This document shows positions 9,809 through 19,761 of a stretch of 64,000 nt of DNA, piece after piece; the first letter of the stretch is position 1; each line of letters starts with the position of its first letter. The notes under the pieces were generated by a model that worked only from the letters and a program-made list of their open reading frames with translations, did not search any database and was not told the origin of the DNA. This DNA comes from an uncultured Lachnospiraceae bacterium (lineage in GTDB: Bacteria > Bacillota > Clostridia > Lachnospirales > Lachnospiraceae), in contig CANRGP010000001.1 of the NCBI GenBank assembly GCA_947630085.1, positions 9,232-73,231 of the forward strand, read 5' to 3'. A program made the translations under genes and the position numbers.

Positions 9809-10639
9809 TTATTCGGCCGGGTAAAACTCCTCCGCCTGCGCCAGGACCACAAACCGGTAGGAATGATCCGATCCCGTACAGGTGGAGAGGAGCACCAGCG
9901 GCTTTTCCTCATCTTCCCAGCTGATCTCATAACCGGAGGTTTTGCGGATACGGTCAATATAATCCTGCCGGTCCTGGCCGTCCGTAAAATTCAGACGGTA
10001 ATTCTCCGTTTCCACAAGGATTTTACCTGCGGAAACGATCCGGCACCGATATACCCCTTCCGGCACATAGATATCAAAATACGGGTATTTTTCGTAATGC
10101 TCCTTTTCCTGGTATTTCTTCAGGAACCCGAACATCGATCCATTCTTCATATTGTGCCCGTAAATGATCGTATTTCCGTCACTCATCATTCCGCTGTTGC
10201 GCACGTCCAGAAAAATAGATCCCAGCGCGTTCCTGGTTCCGTTAAACGTGTAATACAGATAATGGTCGTTGTCATCGCCCTGCACGATGGGATAGCTCAC
10301 ATCCTGTCCGGGGAAATCGATCCATCCCACCGTATCCGGGTTCTGCTCCAAAAGCGCGTCAAAGTCGATCAGAAGCGCAGGCACGTCCTTCGCCTGCTCC
10401 TCCGGGGCGCCGTCCTGATCCCGTGACTCAGGATCCCCCGCAGAAAGTCCCGCATCTTCCCGCACCTCTTCTGTCTGTCCCTCCGTCTGCCGCACCTGTA
10501 CGGCTCCCTGGAGCACCTGCTGGTACTCGCTGTCTCCCTCATGGTATACCCTCAGATAGGAGAGCAGCATACCACAGGATATGACAAATACCACCAAAGA
10601 TATGACAAATAAGATCCGGAATATTTTTTGCCTGTTCAT
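9809..10639 (-). CDS. srtB: Class B sortase
   Basis: N-terminal TM; NPDTVGWI, YPIVQGDDNDHYL, IYGHNM, catalytic LSTC followed by Arg. Confidence 0.9.
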   Translation of the reverse strand: MNRQKIFRILFVISLVVFVISCGMLLSYLRVYHEGDSEYQQVLQGAVQVRQTEGQTEEVREDAGLSAGDPESRDQDGAPEEQAKDVPALLIDFDALLEQNPDTVGWIDFPGQDVSYPIVQGDDNDHYLYYTFNGTRNALGSIFLDVRNSGMMSDGNTIIYGHNMKNGSMFGFLKKYQEKEHYEKYPYFDIYVPEGVYRCRIVSAGKILVETENYRLNFTDGQDRQDYIDRIRKTSGYEISWEDEEKPLVLLSTCTGSDHSYRFVVLAQAEEFYPAE

Positions 10640-10665
10640 GATCCGCCCCTCATCGCTTCCTAAAA

Positions 10666-12033
10666 TTACTGCTCTTTTTCCGACAGAAGTCCGGCGATCT
10701 CCTTCACCTTCTCATCCGTCAGCTTAAACTTCCTGGAAAAGAAAATCGCAGCGGCCGCAAGACCGATCACGGGGATCACCGTCATAGTAAGCCTGAGCCC
10801 CATTACGGACTGTGATGTCGCCACAGCTGCCGCCTCTGTATCCTCGCTGATATGAAAAACAGCCAGACAGATAGAGGCCATAAGGACCGCCACCCCGGAG
10901 GCCAGCTTTACCACGAATGTCTGCATGGAAAAGATCACGCTCTCGTCCCTGGTCCCGTTTTTCCACTGTCCGTAATCCACGCTGTTTGCCAGAAATACCG
11001 TCGTCAGAACCGTCAAAATGCCGTTGGCTCCGAAGATAAAGAATCCGGGGATGAACAGCAGCGCCACATTGGACATATTGGTGCAGGCCAGCGCCAGCAG
11101 CACCACATACCCCAGGGCCGCCATACCCAGACCGGTTTTAAAGACCTGGGTCGTAGACTGGAATTTGCGGAGCAGCGGATACAGCAGCATCATGGAAAGG
11201 ATCTGGACAGCCCCGCCGAATATATTGAATACGGTATAGGCATTATACCAGCCTTCCCCTCCGAAATCGTACTTGAAGAAATAAATCACAAGATTGCTTG
11301 TGAGATAAATGGAACAGTTGATCAGGACGATCGCTACGACGACCACCAGCGCCTGATCGTTTTTCAGAAGCGCGCGGAACATATCGCCAATGGAATTGAC
11401 CGGCATATTCACGGTGGACTTTTCCTTGATGCAGACACACATAAGGATCGCCGTAAAAGCGAAAAACACAGCGATCAAAAGTGCAAACGTTCGGAAACCG
11501 GCCCTCTCGCTCCCATGTCCCAGCCAGATCACCGCCGGCATGGTAATGACCGTCACCAGGGCGCTTCCCACTCCCGCGCAGGTTCTCCCCAGGGTGGACA
11601 GGCTTTCTCTCTCCCTTCCGTCCCTGGCGAAGGCAGGGATCATGGACCAGTAGGGAATATCCATCATGGTATACGTCACGCCCCATAATATGTACGCGGC
11701 GGAAATATACACCAGAAGGCCCGTGCCTTTAAGCGCTCCGGGTACGGAAAACATCGCGAAAAGGATCACCGCGTTTGCCAGCGTCCCGGCCAAAAGTCAC
11801 GGCCTGAACTTGCCGTAGCGCGTCTTGGTTTTCGCCACGAGGATCCCCATAACAGGATCGTTGGCCGCGTCAAACACCCGGGCAATCATAAGAAGTATCC
11901 CCGTAAATACGGCGCTCACGCCCAGGATATCCTGATAATAATACAGAATATAGCTGGCCGTCAGCATATACACCATGTCCTTCCCCACTGCCCCTACCCC
12001 GTAGGCAATTTTTTCTTTTGCACTCAGCTTCAT
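10666..12033 (-). pseudogene. MelB/GPH-family sugar:cation symporter with internal nonsense codon
   Basis: Two in-frame ORFs (11797-12033, 10666-11793) separated by one TGA at 11797-11799, where the family motif GKFRPW has Trp. Confidence 0.85.
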
Positions 12034-12058
12034 TGCTCTCTACCCCCGTGTATTTGTT

Positions 12059-12832
12059 TTATGTTAATCGTACCGCATTTACCCGCCATACGCGGATATT
12101 CAACGGCTCTATGGCAGAGCCGCAGTATTCGCAGCGCTTCTGTCCCAGATTGGTGACAGGAGCTCCGCAGTTCGGACAGGTAAGACCTACCCCGTCGGTT
12201 CCCTCTGCCGGTACTGCCCCGCTTTCCGCGTTCTGAACATAGATCAGTTCCGTCTCATATACCTCCTGGCGCTTGCGGTCCTTATAACCTTTGATTATCT
12301 TGCCGTTCTCCTGCACATATGTGAAATATTCCACCGCGGATTCGCAGATGATATAGCAGGTGCCTTTCTCCCGGTAATAGCGGCTGATGACCGTATTGTG
12401 GATCCGGACATCGGTATACCTGGGAACCTGTTCCGCCGCGAGCGCATTCTCCACGATCTCCCGCAGGCGGGGATTGTCCGATACCAGCTCCGGTCTGCGC
12501 TCATCGATGGCGCGCAGCACGCTTACAATGCTTTGCTCCACGATGGGACGGAATTCGCTCCAGCTGAATTCCGGAAAATCCGCCTGGATCTGCGGAAGAT
12601 AGATCCGGTCCATCGCCGAAAGAGATTTGGGCGTTGTGGAGAGCCGGTCGTTGATATCCCTGTTCTTCATGGCTGTTTCGGCATAGCGGATGAGCTCCGC
12701 CACCGTCCCCAATGTGCCGGCAGAAACGCGGCGGCCAATCCTCCTGCACGCCTGCACTGCCAGAAACACGGCAGCTCCGCCGCCCAGTACGACGACAGCG
12801 ATGATCCCTATGGTTCCAACCGTAAGTTCCAT
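12059..12832 (-). CDS. Membrane-anchored Tim44-like/zinc-ribbon protein
   Basis: N-terminal TM; C-terminal CPNCG...CEYCG double zinc ribbon. Start MELTV at 12832 follows SD AGGAGG. Confidence 0.65.
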   Translation of the reverse strand: MELTVGTIGIIAVVVLGGGAAVFLAVQACRRIGRRVSAGTLGTVAELIRYAETAMKNRDINDRLSTTPKSLSAMDRIYLPQIQADFPEFSWSEFRPIVEQSIVSVLRAIDERRPELVSDNPRLREIVENALAAEQVPRYTDVRIHNTVISRYYREKGTCYIICESAVEYFTYVQENGKIIKGYKDRKRQEVYETELIYVQNAESGAVPAEGTDGVGLTCPNCGAPVTNLGQKRCEYCGSAIEPLNIRVWRVNAVRLT

Positions 12833-13386
12833 TATTCTTCCTCCTGCCGAAAATCCCGACACACTCCGCTGCGGTACGCCGCCTCCAGGCGGTCCACCAC
12901 CTGTCCGACAGGGCAGCCTTCCTCGTCTACCGTGATGTGGGCGTACTTTTCGTAATAGGGAACTCTCTCCTCGTACAGCTCTTTAAGCGTCATTCCCTCC
13001 CGCATGGCAACGCCCCTGGCTTCGAGATTGCCCAGGCGCTTCTCCAGTTCCTCATAGCTGACCTTCAGATATACCACGGTGCTGATCTTCCGGAAATGCT
13101 CCATCGCTTCCCGTCCGTAGATCACGCTTCCGCCGGGCGCAATGACCGCTTTTCGGGGATTGATCCCCGCATTGATCCGGTTCTCGATCTCCAGAAACCC
13201 GTCGAGGCCGTCCCGGGCAATGATCTCCCTCAGGAGCAGCCCTTCCTTTTCCTGGATCACGATATCCGTGTCCACAAAAGAAAAGCCCAGTCTTTTGGCG
13301 AGAAGAACCCCCGCCATACTCTTTCCGGAAGCCGGCATACCGATCAGCGTAATATTTGTCCTGTCTTCCTGTTTTCGTTCTGTCAT
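12832..13386 (-). CDS. aroK: Shikimate kinase
   Basis: ITLIGMPASGKS P-loop, FVDTD, APGGS, ERVPYY. Confidence 0.9.
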   Translation of the reverse strand: MTERKQEDRTNITLIGMPASGKSMAGVLLAKRLGFSFVDTDIVIQEKEGLLLREIIARDGLDGFLEIENRINAGINPRKAVIAPGGSVIYGREAMEHFRKISTVVYLKVSYEELEKRLGNLEARGVAMREGMTLKELYEERVPYYEKYAHITVDEEGCPVGQVVDRLEAAYRSGVCRDFRQEEE

Positions 13387-13402
13387 AGATTCTCCGGTTT
13401 CA

Positions 13403-13969
13403 TTATCGCTTTTTCTCCACGGAATAGCCGAATTTCCCGATCCTCTCCCCGAGGGAGAAATACTGTCCGTGGGAGTAGGCCGTCAGTCCGGCTTCATTCA
13501 GATGAAATCTGCCGTTTCCGTCCAGATATTCGTCCTCAATGGTGACGCCCACGATCTCCGCCACAAACATATCATGGCTCCCCAGCGGAATCACCCGGAT
13601 GACTCTGCATTCCAGGTTGACCGGACTCTCAGCGATCCCCGGGGCTTTCACACGGCGGGACGCCAGTGGTGTCAGATTCATTTCCCTGAATTTGTCCACG
13701 TCTCTTCCGGAGCGGACCCCGCAGTAATCGGTGGCAAACGTAAGCTCCTTCGTCACCAGATTTATAACAAACTCGCCTGTTTCACGAATGATGTCGTAAG
13801 AATACCGCTCCTTTTTCACGGAAACGGACACGCAGGGCGGATCGGAGCAGACGGTTCCCGCCCATGCCACGGTGATAATATTGGGGCGCTCTCCCTCTCT
13901 CTGGCAACTGACCATCACCACCGGCAGAGGAAAAAGCATATTTCCCGGTTTCCAGCTCTGCTTCGCCAT
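13403..13969 (-). CDS. Flavin reductase family protein
   Basis: FPLPVVMVS, NIITVAW, GEFVIN, GSHDMFVAEI. Confidence 0.9.
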   Translation of the reverse strand: MAKQSWKPGNMLFPLPVVMVSCQREGERPNIITVAWAGTVCSDPPCVSVSVKKERYSYDIIRETGEFVINLVTKELTFATDYCGVRSGRDVDKFREMNLTPLASRRVKAPGIAESPVNLECRVIRVIPLGSHDMFVAEIVGVTIEDEYLDGNGRFHLNEAGLTAYSHGQYFSLGERIGKFGYSVEKKR

Positions 13970-14012
13970 AAAAGATCCCTCCCTGTCTCCTTCAGTCTCC
14001 GGCGGCCCTCAT

Positions 14013-14294
14013 TCAGTCATTGTCGGGCAAAAGTTTGACCGTAACCATAATGCTGCGGATGAAGCCGCCCTCGGGAAGCCGGATGTCCTCATGGGAGGAT
14101 ACCTCCGGCATAAGAACCTCATCCTCCTCCAGTTCCACGGTGATCCAGTCATAAGCCGCTTCCCTGGCGTGTTCGAGAGCATCCTCCAGATCCGGTCCGT
14201 CTGCCTCGCACAGCTCCAGATCCGGAAAGAAAACGTGATAGCCTCCGTCATGGTTGTCATGCGGCACAAAGACCGCGGGATATGTAAACGTCAT
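14013..14294 (-). CDS. HicB-family antitoxin-like protein (no adjacent hicA)
   Basis: YPAVF...GGYHVFFPDL...G...EDALEHAREA HicB N-terminal motif. Confidence 0.75.
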   Translation of the reverse strand: MTFTYPAVFVPHDNHDGGYHVFFPDLELCEADGPDLEDALEHAREAAYDWITVELEEDEVLMPEVSSHEDIRLPEGGFIRSIMVTVKLLPDND

Positions 14295-14329
14295 GGTCTG
14301 TCTCCTTGTCTGTCACTTCCGGCCCCGCC

Positions 14330-16009
14330 CTACTCCTGCAGGGCGACCACAATGGCGGGGACCAGCTGCTTCTTACGCGATACCACTCCTGCGAGCTCTA
14401 TGATGCCGCTCTCTTTCCTGTACACATCCTGTTCTTCCTCCGCATCCACATGAAACGCCGTCTCCAGAAGCTGCTCGGCTCCCTGTCCGTCGCAGAGGAG
14501 CGTCGAAGATTCCGTCAGAATATTGGTCATCATAAAGAACAGCATATCCAGCCCGAGATCCTTCCTGGTCTGCTTCAGATACGGGAGCATCCTCTTTTCC
14601 AGCTCCTGAAGCTCCTGGGCGTTCAGGGAATTGATCTGGGCCACGCCGAAGGAGATCTTCCCCGCAGTAAAACGTTTGAAATCCTGATTGAATATCTCCT
14701 TCTCCGTTTTGCTTGACAGATTGCTCCCCGCCGCGAACATGGCGGTGGCATACTCTTCTATCTGGATGCCGGCGATCTCCGCCAGACGAATGGCGGCGTT
14801 TCGATCATCCTCCGTACACGTAGGGGACCGGAACAGCAGGGTATCCGAGAGGATCGCGCTGCACAGAAGACCCGCGGTGACCCTGTCGATGGTCACATGG
14901 TTCTCCTGGTACATCTGATAAATGATCGTGGCCGTGCAGCCCAGAGGCTGATTGCGGAAAAACACCGGGCCTATCGTCTCGATCGGCCCCAGCCTGTGGT
15001 GATCGATGATCTCCAGGATCCGGGCGTTCTCAATCCCGTCCACCGCCTGGGCTCTCTCGTTGTGGTCCACAAGGATCAGCGACTTGCCGCTGGCTCCCAG
15101 AAGATTGCGCCGGGAGATCATCCCCTTGTACTTTCCCTCCTGGTCCAGAATGGGGAAATCCCGATGGCGCTTATTGGTCATCACTTCTTTGATCTCCTCG
15201 ATCACATCCGTCTCCTGGAATGTGATCAGGTGGTCCCGCTTCATAAAATATCCGATCGGCATACTCTGGTTGATCAGACGCGCGGCCGTATAGGCGTCAT
15301 AGGGTGTCGTGATCACCGTGCAGCCGTGCTCCTGAGCCTGCTTCCGGATCGTCATGGATACCGCCGCGCCCTCGCAGACGATGATGCAGGCCGCCTCCAT
15401 CTCAATGGCGCACAGCTGGGATTCGTATCGGTTCCCCAGAATGACCAGATCGTTTTTGCTTATGTAATACTCCATCATCTCCGGATTGGCCGCCGCGATC
15501 AGGACCTTGCCCTCATTGAAGTAGGCGCTTTCGTCGCCTACGATCAGAAGCCCCTCCAGTGTCTCTATAATGTTGGAATACCGGGTATTGGCCTTGGACA
15601 GAATGCTGCTGTCCAGCACGTCCAGGTACGTCTTGGCAATGTCGCTGACCGTGATCAGGCCCTCCAGGTGCCCGTCCTCCGTCACTGCGGGAAGCGTCAC
15701 CAGCCCGTCCTGCTGCATGATATTCCATGCCTTCTTCAGGGAAATGTTCCGGTTCACGCCGGGAACCTGCCGGATATCGATATCGCGGACCTCCGTCCGC
15801 ACATGAAGGACCCGTCTGGGCGGCTTGACGCCGAAATATCTCAGCACAAACTGCGTCTCCTCGTTGACGTGCCCGGCCCGTGCCGGCTCATAGTCGTCTC
15901 CGGTGATCTGCCGCTTCAGGTTCGCATAACAGACAGCCGAGCAGATAGAATCCGTATCCGGATTTTTATGGCCGATCACAATGGTTTTCTTTTTATTATA
16001 CTTTACCAT
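14330..16009 (-). CDS. ppaC: Mn-dependent inorganic pyrophosphatase with CBS-DRTGG insert
   Basis: GHKNPDTDS, LVDHNE, IIDHH, SRKKQ motifs; CBS and DRTGG region. Confidence 0.93.
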   Translation of the reverse strand: MVKYNKKKTIVIGHKNPDTDSICSAVCYANLKRQITGDDYEPARAGHVNEETQFVLRYFGVKPPRRVLHVRTEVRDIDIRQVPGVNRNISLKKAWNIMQQDGLVTLPAVTEDGHLEGLITVSDIAKTYLDVLDSSILSKANTRYSNIIETLEGLLIVGDESAYFNEGKVLIAAANPEMMEYYISKNDLVILGNRYESQLCAIEMEAACIIVCEGAAVSMTIRKQAQEHGCTVITTPYDAYTAARLINQSMPIGYFMKRDHLITFQETDVIEEIKEVMTNKRHRDFPILDQEGKYKGMISRRNLLGASGKSLILVDHNERAQAVDGIENARILEIIDHHRLGPIETIGPVFFRNQPLGCTATIIYQMYQENHVTIDRVTAGLLCSAILSDTLLFRSPTCTEDDRNAAIRLAEIAGIQIEEYATAMFAAGSNLSSKTEKEIFNQDFKRFTAGKISFGVAQINSLNAQELQELEKRMLPYLKQTRKDLGLDMLFFMMTNILTESSTLLCDGQGAEQLLETAFHVDAEEEQDVYRKESGIIELAGVVSRKKQLVPAIVVALQE

Positions 16010-16051
16010 GGCTGCAGATGTCCTTTCCCAAAATAAATATCAGATATCATA

Positions 16052-16165
16052 ATTATACCATAGCCACTAGGCTCGTAAGCACCTCGCCAAGTGGCTAGGT
16101 ATTACTCGCACTAAGTTCATGCTTCACCTGACGGCTCGCATTCTCTAAGTGCTCATATTATACCA
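16052..16165. repeat. Two-hairpin palindromic element flanked by 9-bp direct repeats
   Basis: ATTATACCA at 16052-16060 and 16157-16165; stems TAGCCACTAGGC/GCCAAGTGGCTA and GCACTAAG/CTAAGTGC. Confidence 0.6.
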
Positions 16166-16185
16166 CATCTCCGTTCTCAACTCAA
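16157..16185 (-). promoter_or_regulatory. SigA-type promoter for ppaC
   Basis: TTGAGT-17 bp-TATAAT with extended TG on the minus strand. Confidence 0.55.
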
Positions 16186-16241
16186 GTCCGGATGCGCCGA
16201 GAGCCGGCCGCAGATTTTCCGCTCCGGCCGCCGTTCCTTTC

Positions 16242-16271
16242 TTGACAAAACGGCCCGGCCGCGCCTACAAT
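16242..16271 (+). promoter_or_regulatory. SigA-type promoter for the tRNA deaminase gene
   Basis: TTGACA-18 bp-TACAAT. Confidence 0.55.
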
Positions 16272-16320
16272 GAAGAGGCAGTGCAGCCGGTGACCGGGCA
16301 GGCACGGAAAGAGAGCGGAC

Positions 16321-16803
16321 ATGACCATCGACGAAACCTACATGAAAGCGGCCATAAAGCAGGCCCAGAAAGCGCGCGCCCTGGGCGAGGTCCCCATCGG
16401 CTGCGTTATCGAATACCGGGGGGAGATCATCGGGCGCGGCTACAACCGCCGCATGACGGACAAAAGCACTCTGGCCCACGCCGAGATCATCGCCATACGC
16501 AAAGCCTGCCGCAAAATGGGAGACTGGCGTCTGGAGGACTGCACCCTGTACGTGACTCTGGAGCCCTGCCCCATGTGCGCGGGAGCCATTGTCCAGGCGC
16601 GCATCCCCCGAGTCGTCATCGGATGTCCGAATCCCAAGGCCGGGTGCGCCGGGTCCGTTCTGGATCTTCTTCACGAGCAGGGCTTCAACCATCAGGCGGA
16701 AACGCTGACCGGCGTCCTGGGCGAAGAATGCTCTCTGATGATGAAGGATTTCTTCCGCGCCCTGCGGGAAGGGAAACGGGTTCAGAAGGAAAACGGTCTT
16801 TAA
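16321..16803 (+). CDS. tadA: tRNA adenosine(34) deaminase
   Basis: GEVPIG, AHAE, TLEPCPMCAGA. Confidence 0.95.
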   Translation: MTIDETYMKAAIKQAQKARALGEVPIGCVIEYRGEIIGRGYNRRMTDKSTLAHAEIIAIRKACRKMGDWRLEDCTLYVTLEPCPMCAGAIVQARIPRVVIGCPNPKAGCAGSVLDLLHEQGFNHQAETLTGVLGEECSLMMKDFFRALREGKRVQKENGL

Positions 16804-18239
16804 AACTTTTTCCATGTCTTCCCGGAGAACAGCACCATGAGCGGGAACAGCTCCAGGCGTCCCGCAAGCATATCAAAGATCAGAACCAGCAGCGAGCGGT
16901 GAGAATACATGGCAAAATTGGCCGATGGTCCCACCAGGGAAAGCCCCGGTCCGATGTTGTTCAGCGTCGCCGCGACGGCAGTAAAATTGCTGATCAGATC
17001 CAAATTGTCAATGGCAAGCATAAGCACCGAGAATGTAAAAATGATCAGATAAACCGAAAGGAATACATTCGTGGACTGGAGCACATCCTCCTCCACGCTT
17101 TTGCCGTCCATCTTCACCTTTCGCACGACGCCCGGATGAAGATATGTCTCCATTTCCTTGCCGATGGACTTGATATAAAGCAGAATGCGGGAAACCTTGA
17201 TCCCGCCCCCGGTGCTTCCCGAGCAGGCGCCGATAAACATAAGGATCACCAGGATCGTCCGCGACACCTCCGGCCATCGGTCAAAATCCACCGTGGAAAA
17301 GCCGGTAGTCGTTATAATGGAGCTCACCTGAAAAGCCGCCTGCTGAAACGCGGTCACCGCATTTCCGTAAATGTGAAAGATATTTGCGGTAATGAGCAGG
17401 ACGGCCGCCAGGATGATCCCCAGATATGCCCTGACCTCTTCCATGTGCAGGGCCGCCCCTATTTTTTTCAGGAGAATAAAGAAATAGGCGTTAAAATTGA
17501 TGCCGAACAGGATCATAAAGATCGTGATGACCACCTGATGGTAAACGGAATATCCGGCAATGCTGTCATTCCGGATGCCGAAGCCTCCGGTTCCCGCCGT
17601 CCCGAAGGAAAGCGTCAGCGCGTCGAACAGCGGCATTCTGCCCACAAGCAGAAGCAGCACCTCAAAAAGCGTCAGCCCCACATAGATCAGGTAGAGGATC
17701 TTCGCCGTCGTCTGAACCTTCGGTACCAGGCGGCTCACCGAGGGACCGGGGCTCTCCGCTTTCATAAGGCTCATGTGAAACCCTCCGCTCATGGGAAGGA
17801 GCGTCAGCAGGAATACCAGAACGCCCATGCCGCCGATCCAGTGAGTAAAGCTGCGCCAGAACAGAATGCTCCTGGGCAGCTCCTCCACCGATTTCAGGAT
17901 GCTGGCTCCCGTGGTGGTGAATCCGGAGACGGATTCAAACAGGGCATATATCGGATCGGGGATCGCGCCGCTCAGTACAAAGGGCATGGCGCCCACTACA
18001 CTGATGGCGAACCAGCAGAGCGCCACAGCGGCAAATCCTTCCCTGGCAAAGAAAACAGTATCCTTTGGCTTTTTCCCCCGCAGGACAAATCCGGCGGCCA
18101 CGCTGAACAGAGCCGATCCGGCCAGCGCATACAGCGCCGTCTCGCCGTAAATCACCGCCACAACGCAGGAAGGGACCATCAGCGCTCCCTCCAGGATCAG
18201 CGTCAGTCCCACAATGTATCTTATAATCGAATGGTTCAT
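16800..18239 (-). CDS. trkH: Trk potassium uptake membrane protein
   Basis: FESVSGFTTTGAS, TAGTGGF, GSTGGGIK, NNIGPG selectivity motifs. Confidence 0.95.
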   Translation of the reverse strand: MNHSIIRYIVGLTLILEGALMVPSCVVAVIYGETALYALAGSALFSVAAGFVLRGKKPKDTVFFAREGFAAVALCWFAISVVGAMPFVLSGAIPDPIYALFESVSGFTTTGASILKSVEELPRSILFWRSFTHWIGGMGVLVFLLTLLPMSGGFHMSLMKAESPGPSVSRLVPKVQTTAKILYLIYVGLTLFEVLLLLVGRMPLFDALTLSFGTAGTGGFGIRNDSIAGYSVYHQVVITIFMILFGINFNAYFFILLKKIGAALHMEEVRAYLGIILAAVLLITANIFHIYGNAVTAFQQAAFQVSSIITTTGFSTVDFDRWPEVSRTILVILMFIGACSGSTGGGIKVSRILLYIKSIGKEMETYLHPGVVRKVKMDGKSVEEDVLQSTNVFLSVYLIIFTFSVLMLAIDNLDLISNFTAVAATLNNIGPGLSLVGPSANFAMYSHRSLLVLIFDMLAGRLELFPLMVLFSGKTWKKF

Positions 18240-18241
18240 CT

Positions 18242-19606
18242 CTACACCTGCTTTGCCAGAATGTCGTCAAGATCCCTGAGTCCCTTTAAAGTAGTGACAA
18301 TAATGACCGTGTCCCCGGGCCGGATCACGTCCTGCCCTCTGGGAATGATAACCTTGCCGTTGTGGTTGATGCTGCAGACAAGAAGGTCCTTCTTGGGACG
18401 GAGCCGGGACAGAGGGGCGTTGGCTACCCTGCTGTCCTCCTTGACCAGGAACTCAAGAGCTTCCGCACGGTTGTTCAGAATATGGCAAAGTGTTTCCACG
18501 CTGCTTCCCACAGAATTCTGCAGGGCCCGTACATACTGGAGAATATTGTCTGCAGTAATGTATTTTGGATAGACTACGCTTCCGATATCCAGCTTTTCAA
18601 TAATACTGTCAAAATCCAGGCGGTTGACCTTGGCGACAACCTTCGCCTTCGTGCGCTCCCTCGCATACTGGGAGAGGAAAATATTTTCCTCATCGATCCC
18701 CGTCAGGGACACGATGGCCTCCGCCGACAGGAACCCTGACTGGAGCAGGACCTTCCGGTCGGAACCGTCTCCGTTGATAACGGAAACATCCGGAAGGATC
18801 TCGCACAGCCGTTCGCATCTGTCCGCGTCCTGCTCGATGATCCGCACCTCGATCCTGGACTCCCGAAGCTGAGCGGCCAGATAGTAGCCCAGCGTTCCGC
18901 CTCCCACGATCAGCGCGTTTTTCACCGGCCGGGTGGAGAGCCCGAGTTCCCGGAAAAACGTATCGCAGTCTCCCGGCGCGCCTACAATGGATACCAGATC
19001 GTTGTCCCGCAGCACGAATTCGCCCCGGGGGATCGTGATCACGTCGTTGCGCTCCACGGCGCAGATCAGAACCTTTGCCGGAAAACGCTTTGCCAGATCC
19101 GCAATGGGGATCCCGCTCATTCCGAATTCAGGAAGCAGCCGAAACTTTACCAGCTGCACACTGCCTCCGGAAAACGTATTGATATAAAGGGCCGACGGGA
19201 ACCGCAGAAGCGCGGCGATCTCTCTGGCCGTCGTATATTCCGGGTTGATGATCATGGAGATTCCCATGCGTTCCTTGATAAAGTTTATGTCTCTGTGATA
19301 TACCGGGTTGCGGACGCGCGCGATGGTCTGGCACTCGCTCACCTTGCGGGCCACCAGACAGCAGAGCAGATTCAGCTCGTCGGATTCCGTAACCGCGATC
19401 AGCACGTCCGCCACATCGACTCCCGCCTCCTCGAGAACGCCGATGCTGGCGCCGTTGCCGGTAACGCAGATGGCATCCACTTCTTCATTAAATTCCTGCA
19501 GCGTCCTGGACGATGTATCCACCATCACAATATCGTGGTTTTCTTCACTCAGCTGCTTGGCCAGAGTCCGGCCGACCTTTCCGCAGCCAATAATGATGAT
19601 CCTCAT
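18242..19606 (-). CDS. trkA: Trk potassium uptake regulatory subunit
   Basis: Two RCK domains (IIIGCGKVG; IVGGGTLG). Confidence 0.95.
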   Translation of the reverse strand: MRIIIIGCGKVGRTLAKQLSEENHDIVMVDTSSRTLQEFNEEVDAICVTGNGASIGVLEEAGVDVADVLIAVTESDELNLLCCLVARKVSECQTIARVRNPVYHRDINFIKERMGISMIINPEYTTAREIAALLRFPSALYINTFSGGSVQLVKFRLLPEFGMSGIPIADLAKRFPAKVLICAVERNDVITIPRGEFVLRDNDLVSIVGAPGDCDTFFRELGLSTRPVKNALIVGGGTLGYYLAAQLRESRIEVRIIEQDADRCERLCEILPDVSVINGDGSDRKVLLQSGFLSAEAIVSLTGIDEENIFLSQYARERTKAKVVAKVNRLDFDSIIEKLDIGSVVYPKYITADNILQYVRALQNSVGSSVETLCHILNNRAEALEFLVKEDSRVANAPLSRLRPKKDLLVCSINHNGKVIIPRGQDVIRPGDTVIIVTTLKGLRDLDDILAKQV

Positions 19607-19761
19607 GAAAACCTCCCGTTTTACAGTCTTTGGGAACAGTATATCACTTTCTTTTCATTTCCTCAACATGAAAAAAATCCATGTCTGTTCATCCCGTGCA
19701 AACAGTTGACAAACGGACCGAAATGAGGCAAAGTGATACTGTGAGGGAGGGTAAAACCGTC

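Noticed and set aside
11797-11799. TGA recoding as Trp or Sec
   Set aside because: TGA is used as a normal stop throughout the window, and the position is a conserved Trp, not Cys.
16321-16803. tadA as part of the Tad pilus system
   Set aside because: Name collision only; this gene is the tRNA deaminase.
16149-18572. 807-aa plus-strand ORF
   Set aside because: Off-frame over the tRNA deaminase gene and antisense to trkH/trkA; a codon-bias artefact.
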